Positions 49,980-62,955 of a stretch of 64,000 nucleotides of DNA are shown here, one piece after another; positions within the stretch are counted from its first letter, which is position 1; every line of letters starts with the position of its first letter. Under the pieces are notes generated by a model, which did no database searches, was not told where the DNA came from, and saw only the letters and a program-made list of their open reading frames with translations. Source of the DNA: Callorhinchus milii (taxonomy: Eukaryota); assembly GCF_018977255.1 (NCBI RefSeq), contig NW_024704742.1, forward strand, positions 24,306,001 to 24,370,000, read 5' to 3'. The translations under genes and the position numbers were made by a program.

Positions 49980-50590
49980 AAGACAAGCCAGATGCTTGGC
50001 TATATTACCAGACAGTTGAGTTCAGACCCAGAAATCACACTCGGACTGTATACTGCTCTTGTTAAGCTGTGAGTACGGCGCAGTAACCAGAAAGGGCTGC
50101 TTAGGCTGGAGAGGGTGTGCAGAGAAAAGCAATGAGCATGATTCCTCTTTCTCCCCCAACACCCTAACGCCCCCCACCCCGTCCGTCGGTCTCTTCTGTC
50201 CCCATTAGGGGAATGAGCTATCATCTGAGCAACAATTTAGACAAATTAGAACTATTCAGTCCTGAAAGAAGACTTCTCAGAGGGGACCTAGTAGAGGTTT
50301 TATAGAGGTATTAAACGAGGTGAAAGTACAATATTTTCAGATGTGCTGAGCCAGCTGAACAAGACGGCACAGGTTTAATATTGCAAAGGACAATTTCAGA
50401 AAGGACACTAGGAAGTATTTATTTATCCAGAGAGTCTCTTTGAAAGGCAATTTGAACCGAAACTCTGGACTCGTTTTTTGAAAGAAAGGGCTTAGTGCTG
50501 TAATGAGAGGACAGTAGGGTGGGTGTTCTGGAAGGATGAGATCAAATGGGCCAAAGGGCATTCTTTATCCCAACCTCTCATGTGATCTGA
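49980..50590 (+). mobile_element. Degenerate CR1 3' fragment
   Basis: GGCTGGAGAGGGTGTGCAGAGAAAAGCAATG, AGAAGACTTCTCAGAGGGGACCTAGTAGAGG; 3' end GGACAGTAGGGTGGGTGTTCTGGAAGGATGAGATC shared with 60940-60973. Confidence 0.75.
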
Positions 50591-52869
50591 ACACTAATTA
50601 ATTTGGAGAGCTTTTAAGATGTAACAGCATTACAGGCACTACATCAAAATGAAGGATTATTGTTCTAACTAATTTAGAAATAGCATGCAGTGGTGGACGA
50701 TATGTGTTCTGAGGCAAAGCCAACATGCCAGAGAATGTAAGCCTTTACTTGGGAAATAGCTTTGACGATCATTTAAATAACAATTTTCACTTTAAAAGCT
50801 TTGGACAGTTCATTGCAACAAGACTGAGAGCTTCTGCAAGAGCTTAAATTGGTGCGCGGCTAGGAATTCTCGTTGACTTTGGTCCGGGCTGAATTCACTG
50901 ATCTCAGCCTCTGGTCCCACATGGCTATTTTTAAGAGAAATGGATCAATCAGCCAGTTCTGCTGTATCTTATTCCTGAGCAAGGGGGAGAGGAGAGGCGG
51001 AAGACGGGATGAGGAGGTGGTTCTAGGTGTGTTTGAAGGAGAAATTTTAAGGGGGGGCATTAGGCAGAAAGAGAGGGGTAGAGGGAAATGGTCCTCAAGT
51101 TAGGGGGATAGGATCTGAAAGCTTAGCCAGCGAAGGTGGCATGGAGAGGGCAGGAAAACGCACAGCAAACCTGAATTAGCTAAGCAGAGAATTGGGCGGG
51201 TAGGATAAAATTAGAGAACTATGGAAGTGATTGGGTGTGGAGGGATTTGCCGGTGAGCGTGTGAACCTTGAAATCGATCTCCTGGGAGATAGGAAGCCGG
51301 TGAAGCCTGGAGAGGAGTGGGGGCGACAGGGGTATGCAGTGCGCTGTGGGGCGAGGCAGCTGGCGGGCAGAGATTTGGATGAGTTGGAGCTGATATCAAT
51401 GGAGCTAGAAAGACCAAGACCAAAATTTTAAGCGCTAGGAAGAGAGAGAACTTCAAAGTAAGATTTTGTTTGTTTGTTTTAAATTCAACTTTTGAAAAGG
51501 AGAATGAAAAGTTAAAATAAATGTAATGTGTAAATCCCCCGGTTTCTTCTATTCCTCGTCTTTCTTATCTTTGTTTGCAGCCTTCCAACCAGTGTCTGCA
51601 GTGTCCTCTGCTGTCCAGATAGAGCGATGCAGCAACATCAAAACTTTTCAAACTGCAGTGGTTTAACAATCCTTGTGTGTTTTAATCGTTGCACTTGGTA
51701 CAAAGTTTTTAATCAGGTCCAAACGTCTCAAAACGTTTCACCGTTTTTCTTTGAAGTGTAGTAATTGCGTATTTGTGGGCAAACAGGAGGTGAGTTTATG
51801 CACAGCAATGTCCACAAAGTGAATCACGTGTTTATTTTCTCTCTTGGGCATTACTGCCAAGGACACTGGGAGAAAACTCCCTTCGCTTTTTGAACAGGAT
51901 CTTTAATGTCCACCTGAACAGACAGATGGGTCCTCGGATTAACACATCATCTGAGGGACAGACACCCTCAGCAAAAATCCATGGAATTCTAGCAATCTAA
52001 CAACGCAAACTTTCTTGTTCATCTCTGACCGGTACTTTTCCGCAGGTGACATTCCTGCTTTCCAAGCAGCACGAGAACAATAGTGTTGAAAGCCAAGTGT
52101 TTGATCATCCATGACTGGATTTATCTTGATGACTTTAATCTCATTTATTAAAATTGTTTTTGAAATTTTACAGTGCACAATAACAAGAGGCTCACAGACA
52201 TAAGAGAGCAGCGGGGATGGGGGAAATTCTTCAAAGGTTGGTAAATTGATGGATCTCAGCATATTTAAGCTCACACCAATATCTGTAAGATCACCGATTG
52301 ATGGAGAATTATCATGTATAAATTACTGAAGCCTCCACTCCAAACTCACACGTGTAATGGATTAGATAACATCTCTCTGGTATCTTATATGATGGATTCC
52401 GAATCTCATCCCGTGATTGTCAAAGGAGGAACTAAACAGAGAGTGGGTGGGAGAGAATCCAAGCTGTGCTGCTCCAGGGCACCTCCTAATGGCCACTGTA
52501 AGGTCACACCCGGCTGGAGACTGGAAATCTGTTCCTGATTGATCAAAAAAAACTAAGGAAATGGGAGAAGAGTACTTTAAAATTATTTAAATGTTAAACA
52601 TGATGAGAGACGTGAGTAATCTCCATTAGGAGGTTGATAAATCAGTACTGTGCTAACACAGCAAGTGCTTCCTTGTAAAACAATGGGATATAAATAGTTT
52701 TTCAGATAAGGGTGTAAGGAGAATAATGAAGTGACCTGATTTTCCTACTCACTGCCCCACTTCTGTTGGTTATGTTGCTTTGTATCTGTTTAAAGAGACA
52801 GATCTGTGATCAGGCACATCCCCTTGTTCTGTGGTGTCAAGCCTCCTGCAAGCACTTGATCAGTGGCAA

Positions 52870-53150
52870 TAAAAACGGCTTGTGTTTATATAGCGTCCCT
52901 CACACAGGGTAGGATCTCAGAGCACTTAACTTTGGCAGAGCCTGACCCCGAGTAGGGGGGAGGAGGAGGTGACCGTAAGCACGGTTGATGAGGAGGTCTT
53001 CAGATGCAATCTGAAAAAGGGGAAGGAGGGGGCAAGGCGGAGGGATTGGGGGAGAGTTCCAAAGCTTTGGGGTGTTGTGGCTGAAAACACAGCCGTCTAT
53101 GGTGGAGTGGAGGGGAAGAGGGACAAGCAGGATGTCAGAGCCAGCCAAGC
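52870..53150 (-). mobile_element. Degenerate L2 3' fragment
   Basis: Minus translation ...IDGCVFSHNTPKLWNSP; tail resembles 35360-35470. Confidence 0.65.
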
Positions 53151-54349
53151 CAGAAGGGAGATCACTCTGCTCCATGGGCAGAGGCACATGCAGAAGAGTA
53201 TGGGGGCAATGAAATTACTACATTAAGTTTCAAAAGATGTTATTTGTTAAAGTATGTAATAATTGTGAGTTTTGAATGATGCTTCCAGTTATACAACATA
53301 TTCTTTGAGGCGCTTTGAAACCTCTCAATGATGTTATAAGGCATTGAATCAAATCCCAAGAATTATTATTATATGACAAGCTGCAGAGCAAAGGTTAAAA
53401 GTTGTAAAGGGCATTTTCAGGATGGACACTTGCAGTAATTCTTTATTCAGAGGACAATTATCAGGTTACCAGGAACGGTGGCTGAGGCCAGGACGCTGGG
53501 CTGCTTTAAGAAATAAAAACAATAATAATCCTTGCATTTGATATTGCGCCTTATCACGTCTTCGAGATGTCTTAAAGCGCTTCACAGAAATGACATGATA
53601 CTGCAAGGCTGGCTTCTGGAAGGATTAAATTAAATGGACTGAAGGGATTTCTTCCTCTGTCTTTTTAAATTGACAGAAAGTAATCTTGTGATTTCAGTAC
53701 AGGTGCTCATGCAATGCAGGGTACGTTTTTAAAAAATATTGGTCATTCAGTCCACAACTGTTTGTGGGACACTCCTGTATGTCAATGGCTTCTGCGTTTC
53801 CCCACAAAATACAATAAATTCACTTTACAATATATTCTGTGAAGCTCTTTGAGATGTCTCAATGATGTGTTGAGGCACTATCTAAAATGTAGTTCTTATT
53901 CTTATAATTATTAATATTACAGGTATGGTGATGGGTTTATGCATGTGTCAGACAACAGGCTGACTAAAAAAAGGTACAGGGAAAAGTTAGGGAATGGGAC
54001 CAAAGGGATAACTGTTACTGTGTGCTGAAATGTCTCTGATTCTATTATTTCAATAAGCAATGAAGGTTGCTCAAAGGAATTTCATAATGATGTTTTGTGC
54101 ACCAGGCTACCTGGTATTTTTAAAGCTATGATGATTGATGTAGACTTGCCCACTATTAGTAGGTGCCTGAATTGACCTATATGAGTTGAAGAGATCCTGC
54201 TCCCTTGGGAGTCTTGCAATAATGTAAAGCTTCCGCAGCTTGACAGTGATTGATCCTCTCATCTGGAGACTTGAATTGAACCATGTGCCCTGAGAGCCTC
54301 TGAATACAGCCGGATACAATCCCATCCCATGGGAAAGAGGAATGAGAAG

Positions 54350-54746
54350 AATAATTAGTAATCCTTACATTTGATACAACACCTTTCAGGCTGGGAGGAT
54401 GTCTCTAAACACTTCACAGGATATACTGTAAAGTGTAATGACTAACTCGAAGATGAACACAGCAGCCAATTTGTGCACAGCAATCTCCATATTCAGCCAC
54501 AAAGTGATTGACTCATTTTATTTGGGGGGATTATTGGCCAGGAAGATCAGGAGAAACTCCCTTCTCTTTTCAAATAGTGCCATGGGATCTTAACATCCAT
54601 TTGAATAGACTATCGGGGCCTTGGTTTAACATCTCATCCGAAGGACGACACCTTCAATAATGCAGCACTCTCCCAGCACTGCATTGGAGTGTCAGTTAAT
54701 GTCATGTCCCAAGTCCTCATGTGGTGTTTGAACCAATGACCTTCTG
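54350..54746 (-). mobile_element. Old near-full-length Deu-domain SINE (SacSINE1/AmnSINE1-like)
   Basis: GCAGCCAATTTGTGCACAGCAA, ATAGTGCCATGGGATCTT, GGCCTTGGTTTAACATCTCATCCGAAGGACGACACCTTC, GCAGCACTCTCCCAGCACTGCATTGGAGTGTCAG in the expected order. Other partial copies near 19335-19680, 21645-21930 and 51665-51970. Confidence 0.8.
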
Positions 54747-56279
54747 GGTTTATTCAACTGGAGCAGTTGCCCGGAACTGTATCTACATGTACAGCACTGA
54801 ATTCAGTGTTTGATTGGCCTTGTTGATCAGACTGACCCTCCTTTTCAGAGAGACCATGGAAATTGACTGTGACTTAGTCTTTTTACAGTAGTTGGAATAT
54901 GTACCTTTTTTTTCCCCCAATATCCTTTGCTATTTTCCTCCTGACTGAGAATAACCATTGAGCCATTCCTCCCTCCATTGGAAATTCTGTGTACTTAAAC
55001 CTCCTTTTAATAGATCTGATGTCTGCTGGTGACAAAGCATTAATTGTGCTGGGTGATTTTTAAGCAATATCATAACATAATGATTTGTCACGTCACTCCT
55101 GGCATGAAATATTTGCACGCTATCCTTAGGAGAGTCAGCAAAACTGGCAACACCGAGAACCGTGCGGTGTTGCTATTACCATGGCAATTCTCCCACCTGA
55201 GAACATTATGAATTTTCTGGAGTGTTTCATTCCATCATTAAGGTTGAGGAGCTGAGGCAATTACTTCAACGATGGGAAGATACTGTTCTTAAATGTTAAG
55301 AGAATGCTTCTGTATCAAGTGCCTTCTTTCCTTCCCCCAACAAGGGAGGAAGAGGCCTTTGTATTTTTTATCTCAAAGGAGACATTTTTGTGAGGAGGCA
55401 GTTGCAATTTTCTAAGTTCTCCTTCTCCTCTCCTGAACTAGTTGACTCACACAGATGATCTTTCTTGAAAGGCTATGGGGATGATGATTCTGTGTACAGG
55501 TACACAGTGTCAGGTGTCCCTCATGACCGGATGCCTGTTTGTGTTAGCCTAGATGCTGAGAGACAACAATCTATTTGACCACAGCAGGTAACACAGCTGA
55601 GCCTGATCTCGTTCTTACCTGATATTCACGAGTGTACTTTACTTTCCAAAAAGGGAGTGGGGAGGAGGGAAGAGTTGGGGCCCGTGGAAAGTGATCAAGA
55701 AAGTGAATCCTGACTGATTTTTATTCATCCCCACCCCCATTGGTGCTTGTGATTGGAAATTGTATCCCTGCCAGGTAAACCTATAAATATATTTGTTTGC
55801 TCCAAGTGACATTACAGAGCTATTTAAATAGTTGTAGGCGTGTGATGTTGGCAATGTGATATTGTGGATGATAAACAGATGTCCGTGACCGCAGTGAGTG
55901 TCATGTGGAAATATACATTGACAATGGTATCACTGACACAAGTGTAACCATAACAATGGTTATGCGCAATGAGACGTAGTGCAAGTCCAGTATGACTCAG
56001 CAACTTCCACCCTGAATAGCTCTCATCACTTTCCTATTGGATTTTCCCACAGGTCTACACTTGCGTGTGTGTGTGTGTGTTTAAAAAGAGTTGTGTGCAC
56101 ATCAAATGATGTTCCACGTTTGTACGGCCATCTTAAGTCATCGGGTACGCATTGCAGTGATGTCTTGGCGATTGTGCTCGTGTTCACTGAATTGTTTTTT
56201 TGCAAAGTCCAAACAAAGTCACCGCAATCTCGACAAAAAATTTCAGAATGTCGTTGGGGTTACTCCCTCTGCCCCAATG

Positions 56280-56450
56280 ACAACTTCAATCCACGACTAT
56301 TTGTGGGACGCTGCTGTGCGCACTTGTGCTGTGTTTCGCCTACAAAATATACAGTCAATTCACTTTACAGTATATTCTGTGAAGCGCTTTGAGACGTCTC
56401 GAAGACGTGATAAGGAGCTATATCAAATGCAAGGATTATTATTATTATTA
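56280..56450 (+). mobile_element. SINE 3' half
   Basis: CAATCCACGACTATTTGTGGGAC...TATACAGTCAATTCACTTTACAG...CAAATGCAAGGA(TTA)n; similar partial copies near 25150-25305, 53740-53900 and 61230-61355. Confidence 0.8.
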
Positions 56451-56679
56451 TGACTTTATGTAGGGTTTTTCTGAAATCTAGAGGCAACAACGCAGAAGGT
56501 TCTTGCCAGTTCTGCAGCCCACCCAATATATATTGCTCGCTGTCTCTGGCGTGGAGCTTCCACAGAAGATAAACCACAATGGGGGCTTTGTTATAATGCA
56601 GCAGTTGGGATCCATAAAATACCAGCTTAGGCTATAATAAGGTTGCAAAAGCTACTTTCAGAGGGCATCCACTTTCTGC

Positions 56680-57214
56680 GCACTGACCGGTTCCTGTGTG
56701 CTGCACAGGAAGTGACAATGTTGTCAACCCGGTGACCAGGAAGTCAGCCATTTTAGCACTAGAGCCGGGGCCAGGGCATGGGAAACAGGCGGGTCACCCG
56801 CACCCACCCTGTACCACAATTACTTTACAACTGAAGCAGTGCCATAAAGAAACGTGTTACAACAGTGCTGCAATGCAGTCACGTAAAAGCAGCATCGGCC
56901 CCACCCGAGCAGTGTTTTGTCGCCTTTCCTGCGCTGCCTTTTCAAAATCTCAACCCGTGCCAGCTGTAGTTCTATCACAAGTCTGAGGTTTTCAATCCCA
57001 AAATAGGTGTCCCTCGGTGGCTGACAACATGTGACCCTGTATTTTGACGCCATTGCCCTGTTCAGAGATATCCTGTGTGGCTGAAGGCAATGAGCAGAGA
57101 GACCTGAGAGGAGCTGATGGGTGGGTGGGTGGGTGGGTGGGTGAGGAGGAGAGGGGGTGCACACTTAACGTGTGGGTGAAAAGTGAATCAAAACACGGCA
57201 TAAAATATCGAGAG
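56680..57214 (+). promoter_or_regulatory. Candidate promoter and first non-coding exon of the downstream gene
   Basis: CpG-containing, repeat-free segment with ETS cores CAGGAAGT (56706, 56737), YY1-like GCCATTTT (56747) and donor-like GAG|GTAAAT at 57215. Confidence 0.35.
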
Positions 57215-59264
57215 GTAAATTTGTAAATATACGGTCCCACAACAACAACGTCAAATTGCATTTATACAAGTCACTGCACTTGACAATGATTCCCTATTAA
57301 TTGAGGCGCTTGAATGTTATGGGTGATAATGTATTGTCATTATATTTGAAAGTGTTACAAGAGATATAACTGAGCGGAGATTGCTCAAGGGAAAGAGCTA
57401 GTCTGAAGACCAGCCCTGCCAGTCAGATTTGAGTCAGATTTCCCGAGCGCAGCCACTACCAGAGAGCTCTCCTGTTTGTACTGAGCGTTCACAAAGTCCT
57501 GTTACCCCCATGTTTTTTTTCTCTACAGTGCACTGACCAACAACTGAAACATGTGGAAGAATGATGATAATTGTATTTAGAAGTGCTTAATTGAGTTCAG
57601 TACAAGTGTTTAACGGTGTTCAGAGGATCGGAGTGAGCGCCATCATTTTCATGGCAGATAATGAGGCGTCACCGTGTTCGGTGGGACATCTTCCGTAACA
57701 TGGATGGAATGACAAGGAAAATACTGGTATCAGACATTGTTACACTCGATTTATCTGTAAAAAAAATAATCTATTGTAAGAAAAAAAAGGGACAGTGGGG
57801 ATTAACAGGACTGTGTGAACACCCTGTAATAGAACATAAGTGCTCCCTCTGCTGTTTAATAATTCAAAACCTCTTCTTTCCTTCCCACAGACCTGCTTGT
57901 CATGGTTCGGGTGGGGCTGATTCTGACACCCAGACAGATGGATGCCCGATAACCTTGCTTTAAGTGGAGTTTATTTTTGTTTAAATATGAGACATAGCCC
58001 AGGGTGTATTCAGGATTATAAATTCAGATCATGCAGCAATCTCTGCAGTTCATCATCACACCCTGTAATACTGAATTCATCCATTCGTACCAGGCACCAG
58101 AGCTACTTTGTCTGCTGTGCTGTGGACTTCCACTTTAGATAAGGCAGGTCCAGAAATGACATGCGCTGCAGAAGTAACTGACCTCAGGCAGCAAATAAAG
58201 ATGTGTCTGAGGGGGGATTTAATCTGGTGAAAGGAGGTTTCAGGACATTAACATTCTGGTCATACTTAAGGCAGCCGCACGGTTTGATTTGGTATTCTTG
58301 GTGATGGAATCACTATACAATCGTGGCTGTGCAATCTGTCAAACAAAAAGACTTGTGAAGAGCAAATTACAAGCCCGAGGGAGGTGTGGGGTGGTGCCTT
58401 ATGTGCTGGTGTTTCAGACTGCTGTGCTCCGTCACTCTCTACAGCTCAGCCGGGAATAGGATCGGGAAGCCTTAATGGAAACAATTCCAAAATTTCGGGG
58501 TGAAATTTGCGCACATCATGAATCATTGCTAATTTCACCCCATATATGTGTGGTGTTAAAAACCTGTCACTAAGTCTTGTAGATGAATACTGTTAGGAAT
58601 AGTTTAATCCTGCTAGAAGTGATAAATGTGGCTTCTTGCAGTTGTGTGATTCAGTATACGATTTATATCTTTCCATTTCCCCCCTGGGGCTGAGGAGAGT
58701 CTGAGCCTATAAGGAGTTCCACTGCCTGCTGTTTTTATATATAATAATAATCCTCGCCTTATCATGTCCTTGAGACGTCTCAAAGAGGATTATCTGTATT
58801 TTGTGGGTGAAATATTATTGCAACGTTGTAATTGTTATTACAACAAGAGAAACAATTTACACAGCGCCTTTCAAGTCGGGAGGATGTCTCAAAGCTCTTT
58901 ACACAAGATGGGACTGGCCACCTGAGCTGATGAAGGGCGGAGTAGGGGATGGGAGGTTTTGAGGAAAGGTGACCGAAAGCACAATGAAAAAGATCAAAGA
59001 GACAATCTCATTGTGTTAAAATTGGTCCCTTTTTTGAAAAAAAATCTCAATTTGACTGTCCAAAACAGGGTTTGCATGATGATTTGTTTGCTGTGGCGAC
59101 AATTAATGCCCTGGTGACAGAGCTGTCGGGTGACTCATTCACACCAGAGTTTGATCACAGTGATTCAATGCGATTGTTTCATGGAGTGAAATTGAACTGT
59201 GTGATCCAGGCGATCCCAGGTATAATCCCTGGTCCCTTATCTGACCTTAACTCTTGACTATCCC

Positions 59265-59478
59265 CCAACCCTTTGGAACTCCATCCCACACTCCCTCCCT
59301 TGCCTCCTTCAAGGCACGTCTCAAGACGTCTCTTTGACCGCGCCTTCGGTCACCCTCCTACACCTCTGCCCTCCCTGATCCCAACTCCGTCCTGCTTTGG
59401 TCCAAATCCCTGACTGTCCAGCATCTTCGGTCGTCCTCCCAATGTGAAAGGCACTAATCAAATGTAATCTTGCATTGT
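59265..59478 (+). mobile_element. L2 3' end
   Basis: TGGAACTCCATCCC..CTCCTTCAAGGCACGTCTCAAGAC..TTTGACCGCGCCTTCGG..CTCCCAATGTGAAAGGCAC matches the L2 3' end at 12625-12879. Confidence 0.75.
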
Positions 59479-60030
59479 AACTAGGGCAGAACTTGCAGCC
59501 CTACAATCGATCTCAGTGCTGCTGGGCTAAGAAGGAGGAGGGGATGTCAGCTCATAATCATGTTCCCTGCTGGTGGATGGAAAATTGAGGTACCAGTGCG
59601 TTGCCAGAGGCCATCGAGTGAGTTAATACAACAGCTACAAGGAAAAAGAGAAGGAAAATGGAGCTGGAATAAAGCAACAGCATTGCTTTAGACTACCCAC
59701 TGCCACATTTAAGTTCAAATAAATACCGCATGAAATTGCAGGGACTTCTGAGGAAAGTCGAGGGTATAATGTACAGTCCTCCAGATTCATTGATCATTCA
59801 CCTCATATATACTTGTAGGACTTTGCTGTAGGCAAAATGGCTGCTGCGTTTGCAAACAAAAACAGTGACTACACTTGAGAATAATTATTGTGAAGCACTT
59901 TGAGATGTTTTGATATTATACAGACTGCAGTTCTTTCCAATTGGTTATTTTATGGGGAAAGCAATGAAAAGTAACAGTAGCTTTAACTTGCTGACTGACT
60001 GACAGTTTCCCTTGCTCTCCCTTGTTCCAG

Positions 60031-60185
60031 GCTTCAACTCTTTAACAGTGAATATCCAATCCTGGATCAGCCTTAAGAAGGAAGGCATTAGGTCTGGATG
60101 AGCAGACACATCTCACTGCCTGTGGCTGCTCTCACTCTCTGTCTTCTCCCCAGCAATGCATATAAATCAAAGCCACATTCACGAG
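60031..60185 (+). other. Candidate exon with start codon of a downstream gene
   Basis: Branch-like CTGACTGACTGAC, polypyrimidine acceptor ending CAG at 60030, donor GAG|GTAAGT at 60186; ATGs at 60098 and 60156 are both open to the donor. Confidence 0.45.
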
Positions 60186-60699
60186 GTAAGTGTGACCTTG
60201 GTGGTGTGTGAGGCACCATTGATTTAGGACGCGTTAAGTCCAGGCGGTGCCAAATTTGTTACAAACAGCATGAGTCCACAAAAAGCTCTTGGCTCTGTTC
60301 ACGTCAATATGTTCAGCACTTTGGCAATTCCCAATCAGATGATGGATTAATGTTTAATTTACAGTTTCCAGAAAGTAGGCCAGGGATATGTCATGTTTTA
60401 TCAGTCAAGCTTGTGATGGGCCAGTGGTTTTTCAGAGAAGTCTGAATGTGTGAACCAACATATAAGGTGAGTAGGTGAGTGGCACTTTTCTATTTCCAGG
60501 TCGGTTTTGTTGCTCAGTTTAGTGTTTCCAGCAATGATTTCCCTTGTTAACAGCCCTTGTTTATTAATTTGCAGTGCTTGCTGAATCATTGTTTTGTGAC
60601 CCTCTCTGCACAGCTAGGAATGTGGCAGCTACTCATTCCACTGGGACCAGTGCTCCCAGTATAGGGGGGAGGCTAGCTGGCAAGCTCTGAGAAGCTGTT

Positions 60700-61015
60700 G
60701 CCATGAAGGCTTTTGATTTAACTCTATAATAACAGTTCCATGTAGGTTTCCAAGACTTGAAACATCAAGGTAGTAGGACGTCATTTTAGAGTTGCAAAGG
60801 TGCAATTTCAAGACAGACGCCAGGAAGATTTTCTTTACCCAAAAGGTAATTAAGAACTTGAGCACATTACAAGGAAGGGTGGTTGAGACCAGGACACTGG
60901 ACTTGTTTAAAAAGCAGCTTGACTCTGCGATGAGGGCGGGACAGTAGGGTGGGTGTTCTGGAAGGATGAGATCTGATGGGCCGAAGGGCTTTCTTCATCC
61001 AAGTCAATCTTGTGA
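60700..61015 (+). mobile_element. Degenerate CR1 3' end
   Basis: AGGACGTCATTTTAGAGTTGCAAAGGTGCAATTTCAAGACAGACGCCAGGAAGATTTTCTTTACCCAAAAGGTAAT...GATGGGCCGAAGGGC. Confidence 0.75.
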
Positions 61016-62727
61016 AACATCCCTTTGGACTGAACAATGTGGTGAAAAATGCAATATCTTTATAAGAGATTCATTATTCTACTATTATTATCATCATGTT
61101 TTATAACATGATAATCATATTTAATCTGTACAGAAACATTGTACTTCATCATCAATTCCTAAAAGGGTACTGCTGGAGTCTAACTGGTGTCACTCTGAGA
61201 AGCTACCCCACCTGAAGGGCGCTATATATCATAATAATAATCCTTGTATTTGATGCAGTGCCTTATCACATCGTCGAGACGTCTCAAAGCACTTCACAGA
61301 ATATACTGTAAAGTGAATTGACTGTATATTTTGTCGGCGAAATGCGGCAGCCAATTATTCTAAATTATAAAAATAAATGAAAGTTGTTTTTGATGTCATG
61401 CCTGAATGACTCCCCCCCCACCACAAATACAAACTCCCCGAAGATTTCTCCACTCCGTTGCTGCTGCTAATGACAGGGATTGAGTTTTAAGTGCGGCTAA
61501 AAATAGGACATGGACTTGACTCAATCGGTATCCTGTTCAGTTCCACTAATAATGGATGGGAAAATGTGACCTTTCAGAAAAGGTTGAACGCAGCAATTGT
61601 CCAACCTGATGCAGTTCCCTGGATGGTGTTAGTGCTCCAGATGAATATACTGACTGATTATCCAGCGGTTAAAGCCACTGTATTTGTTTAGCACCACTGA
61701 TGCAATGATGGGACGAGACTGGATATCAAGTGCTGCACATTCAGTTAGCAAAACATTACAACAACAACTTGCATTTATATAGCGCCCTTCACACCGGACA
61801 GTGTTAATTAGATTACAGTACAAATCTAAATTTATCCAACACTATTCACATCGGGAGGGTGTCCCAAAGTGCTTGGCACCAGAGGTGAGGGTGGGAGGCA
61901 AAGGGGGAGGAGAAAGATGTCCGAAAGCGCGGTCAAAGAGGTAGAACTCGAATGTTAGCAGCTTCTCATTTACAAAAGCAAGACGTTCAGAGCAGAAAAC
62001 AATTCCTGCATTAAAATGGCCAACGTGTCAGAGTGCTGGCAGGGGTCGCTTACACTGTGCGGGGGTGGCTGAGCTCGAGCTGGCTGGAGACAGACTGCCC
62101 CGTTATGCTGGTGTACTCTGCTCTGCCAGGCATCTCAATGTTTATTCTCAAAGCTCCTCGCTCAGTGTTTCTGTTTGAGTAAGGACACTGCAGAACACTG
62201 CGGCAGCTCGGCAGTCCCAGCGTGGCATTTAAAGGGGCAGTGTCAGCTAAATAGAAATAAGAATGTCAGAAATTCAGAAATTAGGAACAGTGGAAGGCCA
62301 TTTGGCCTTTCGAACCCACTCTGCACCACTGACCATCTGTCTCATGGCCCAAACTCCCTTAATCCCACCTCCCCATCTTCCAATACAGCAAACAATTAGT
62401 GATTTCAGAGAACCCACACGTACTGCAGTGCTGCCTGAAAAACATCGGCACCATATGGGAATAACACTGGTGGGAATAACATTTGATTATGATGGAACTA
62501 TATTTGACCACAAGGGGGCACCGTTTCATCTTCTTCTTGCAGTTACGTAGATGGTTGCATGGTGTAATTATGGCAAGGAAACAGGACATTTACCCCAATT
62601 GATACGTATCACCATGTAAGCTCCCAGCCCTCCTATTCCCGTGGACTAACCCCCTCTTGCCTTCTCCCTCATATATACATCAAGTTTTCTCTTAAATGCA
62701 TTGCCTTTTTTGCTTCAACCATAGCTT

Positions 62728-62955
62728 CCAACAACAACAACTACTTACATTTGTATAGTGCCATTCACATCGGAAGGACATCCCAAGGTGCTGGATAGTC
62801 AGAGATTTGAACCCTGGGGTTGGGATCAGGAAGAGTGGAGGGCAGGGAGGGTGGGGTGGGCTGACCAAAGGCATGGTTGAAGAGGAAGGTCTTGAAATGG
62901 GCCTTGAAGGAGGCAAGGGATGGGGTGAGGCGAAGGGACTGTGGGATGGAATTCT
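62728..62955 (-). mobile_element. L2 3' end
   Basis: (CAA)n tail followed by the reverse complement of the L2 tail and 3' UTR. Confidence 0.75.

Noticed and set aside
58927..58980. CTGATGAAG...CCGAAAG hammerhead-like spacing
   Set aside because: Lies in the reverse complement of an L2 3' UTR; no stem II complementarity between the boxes.
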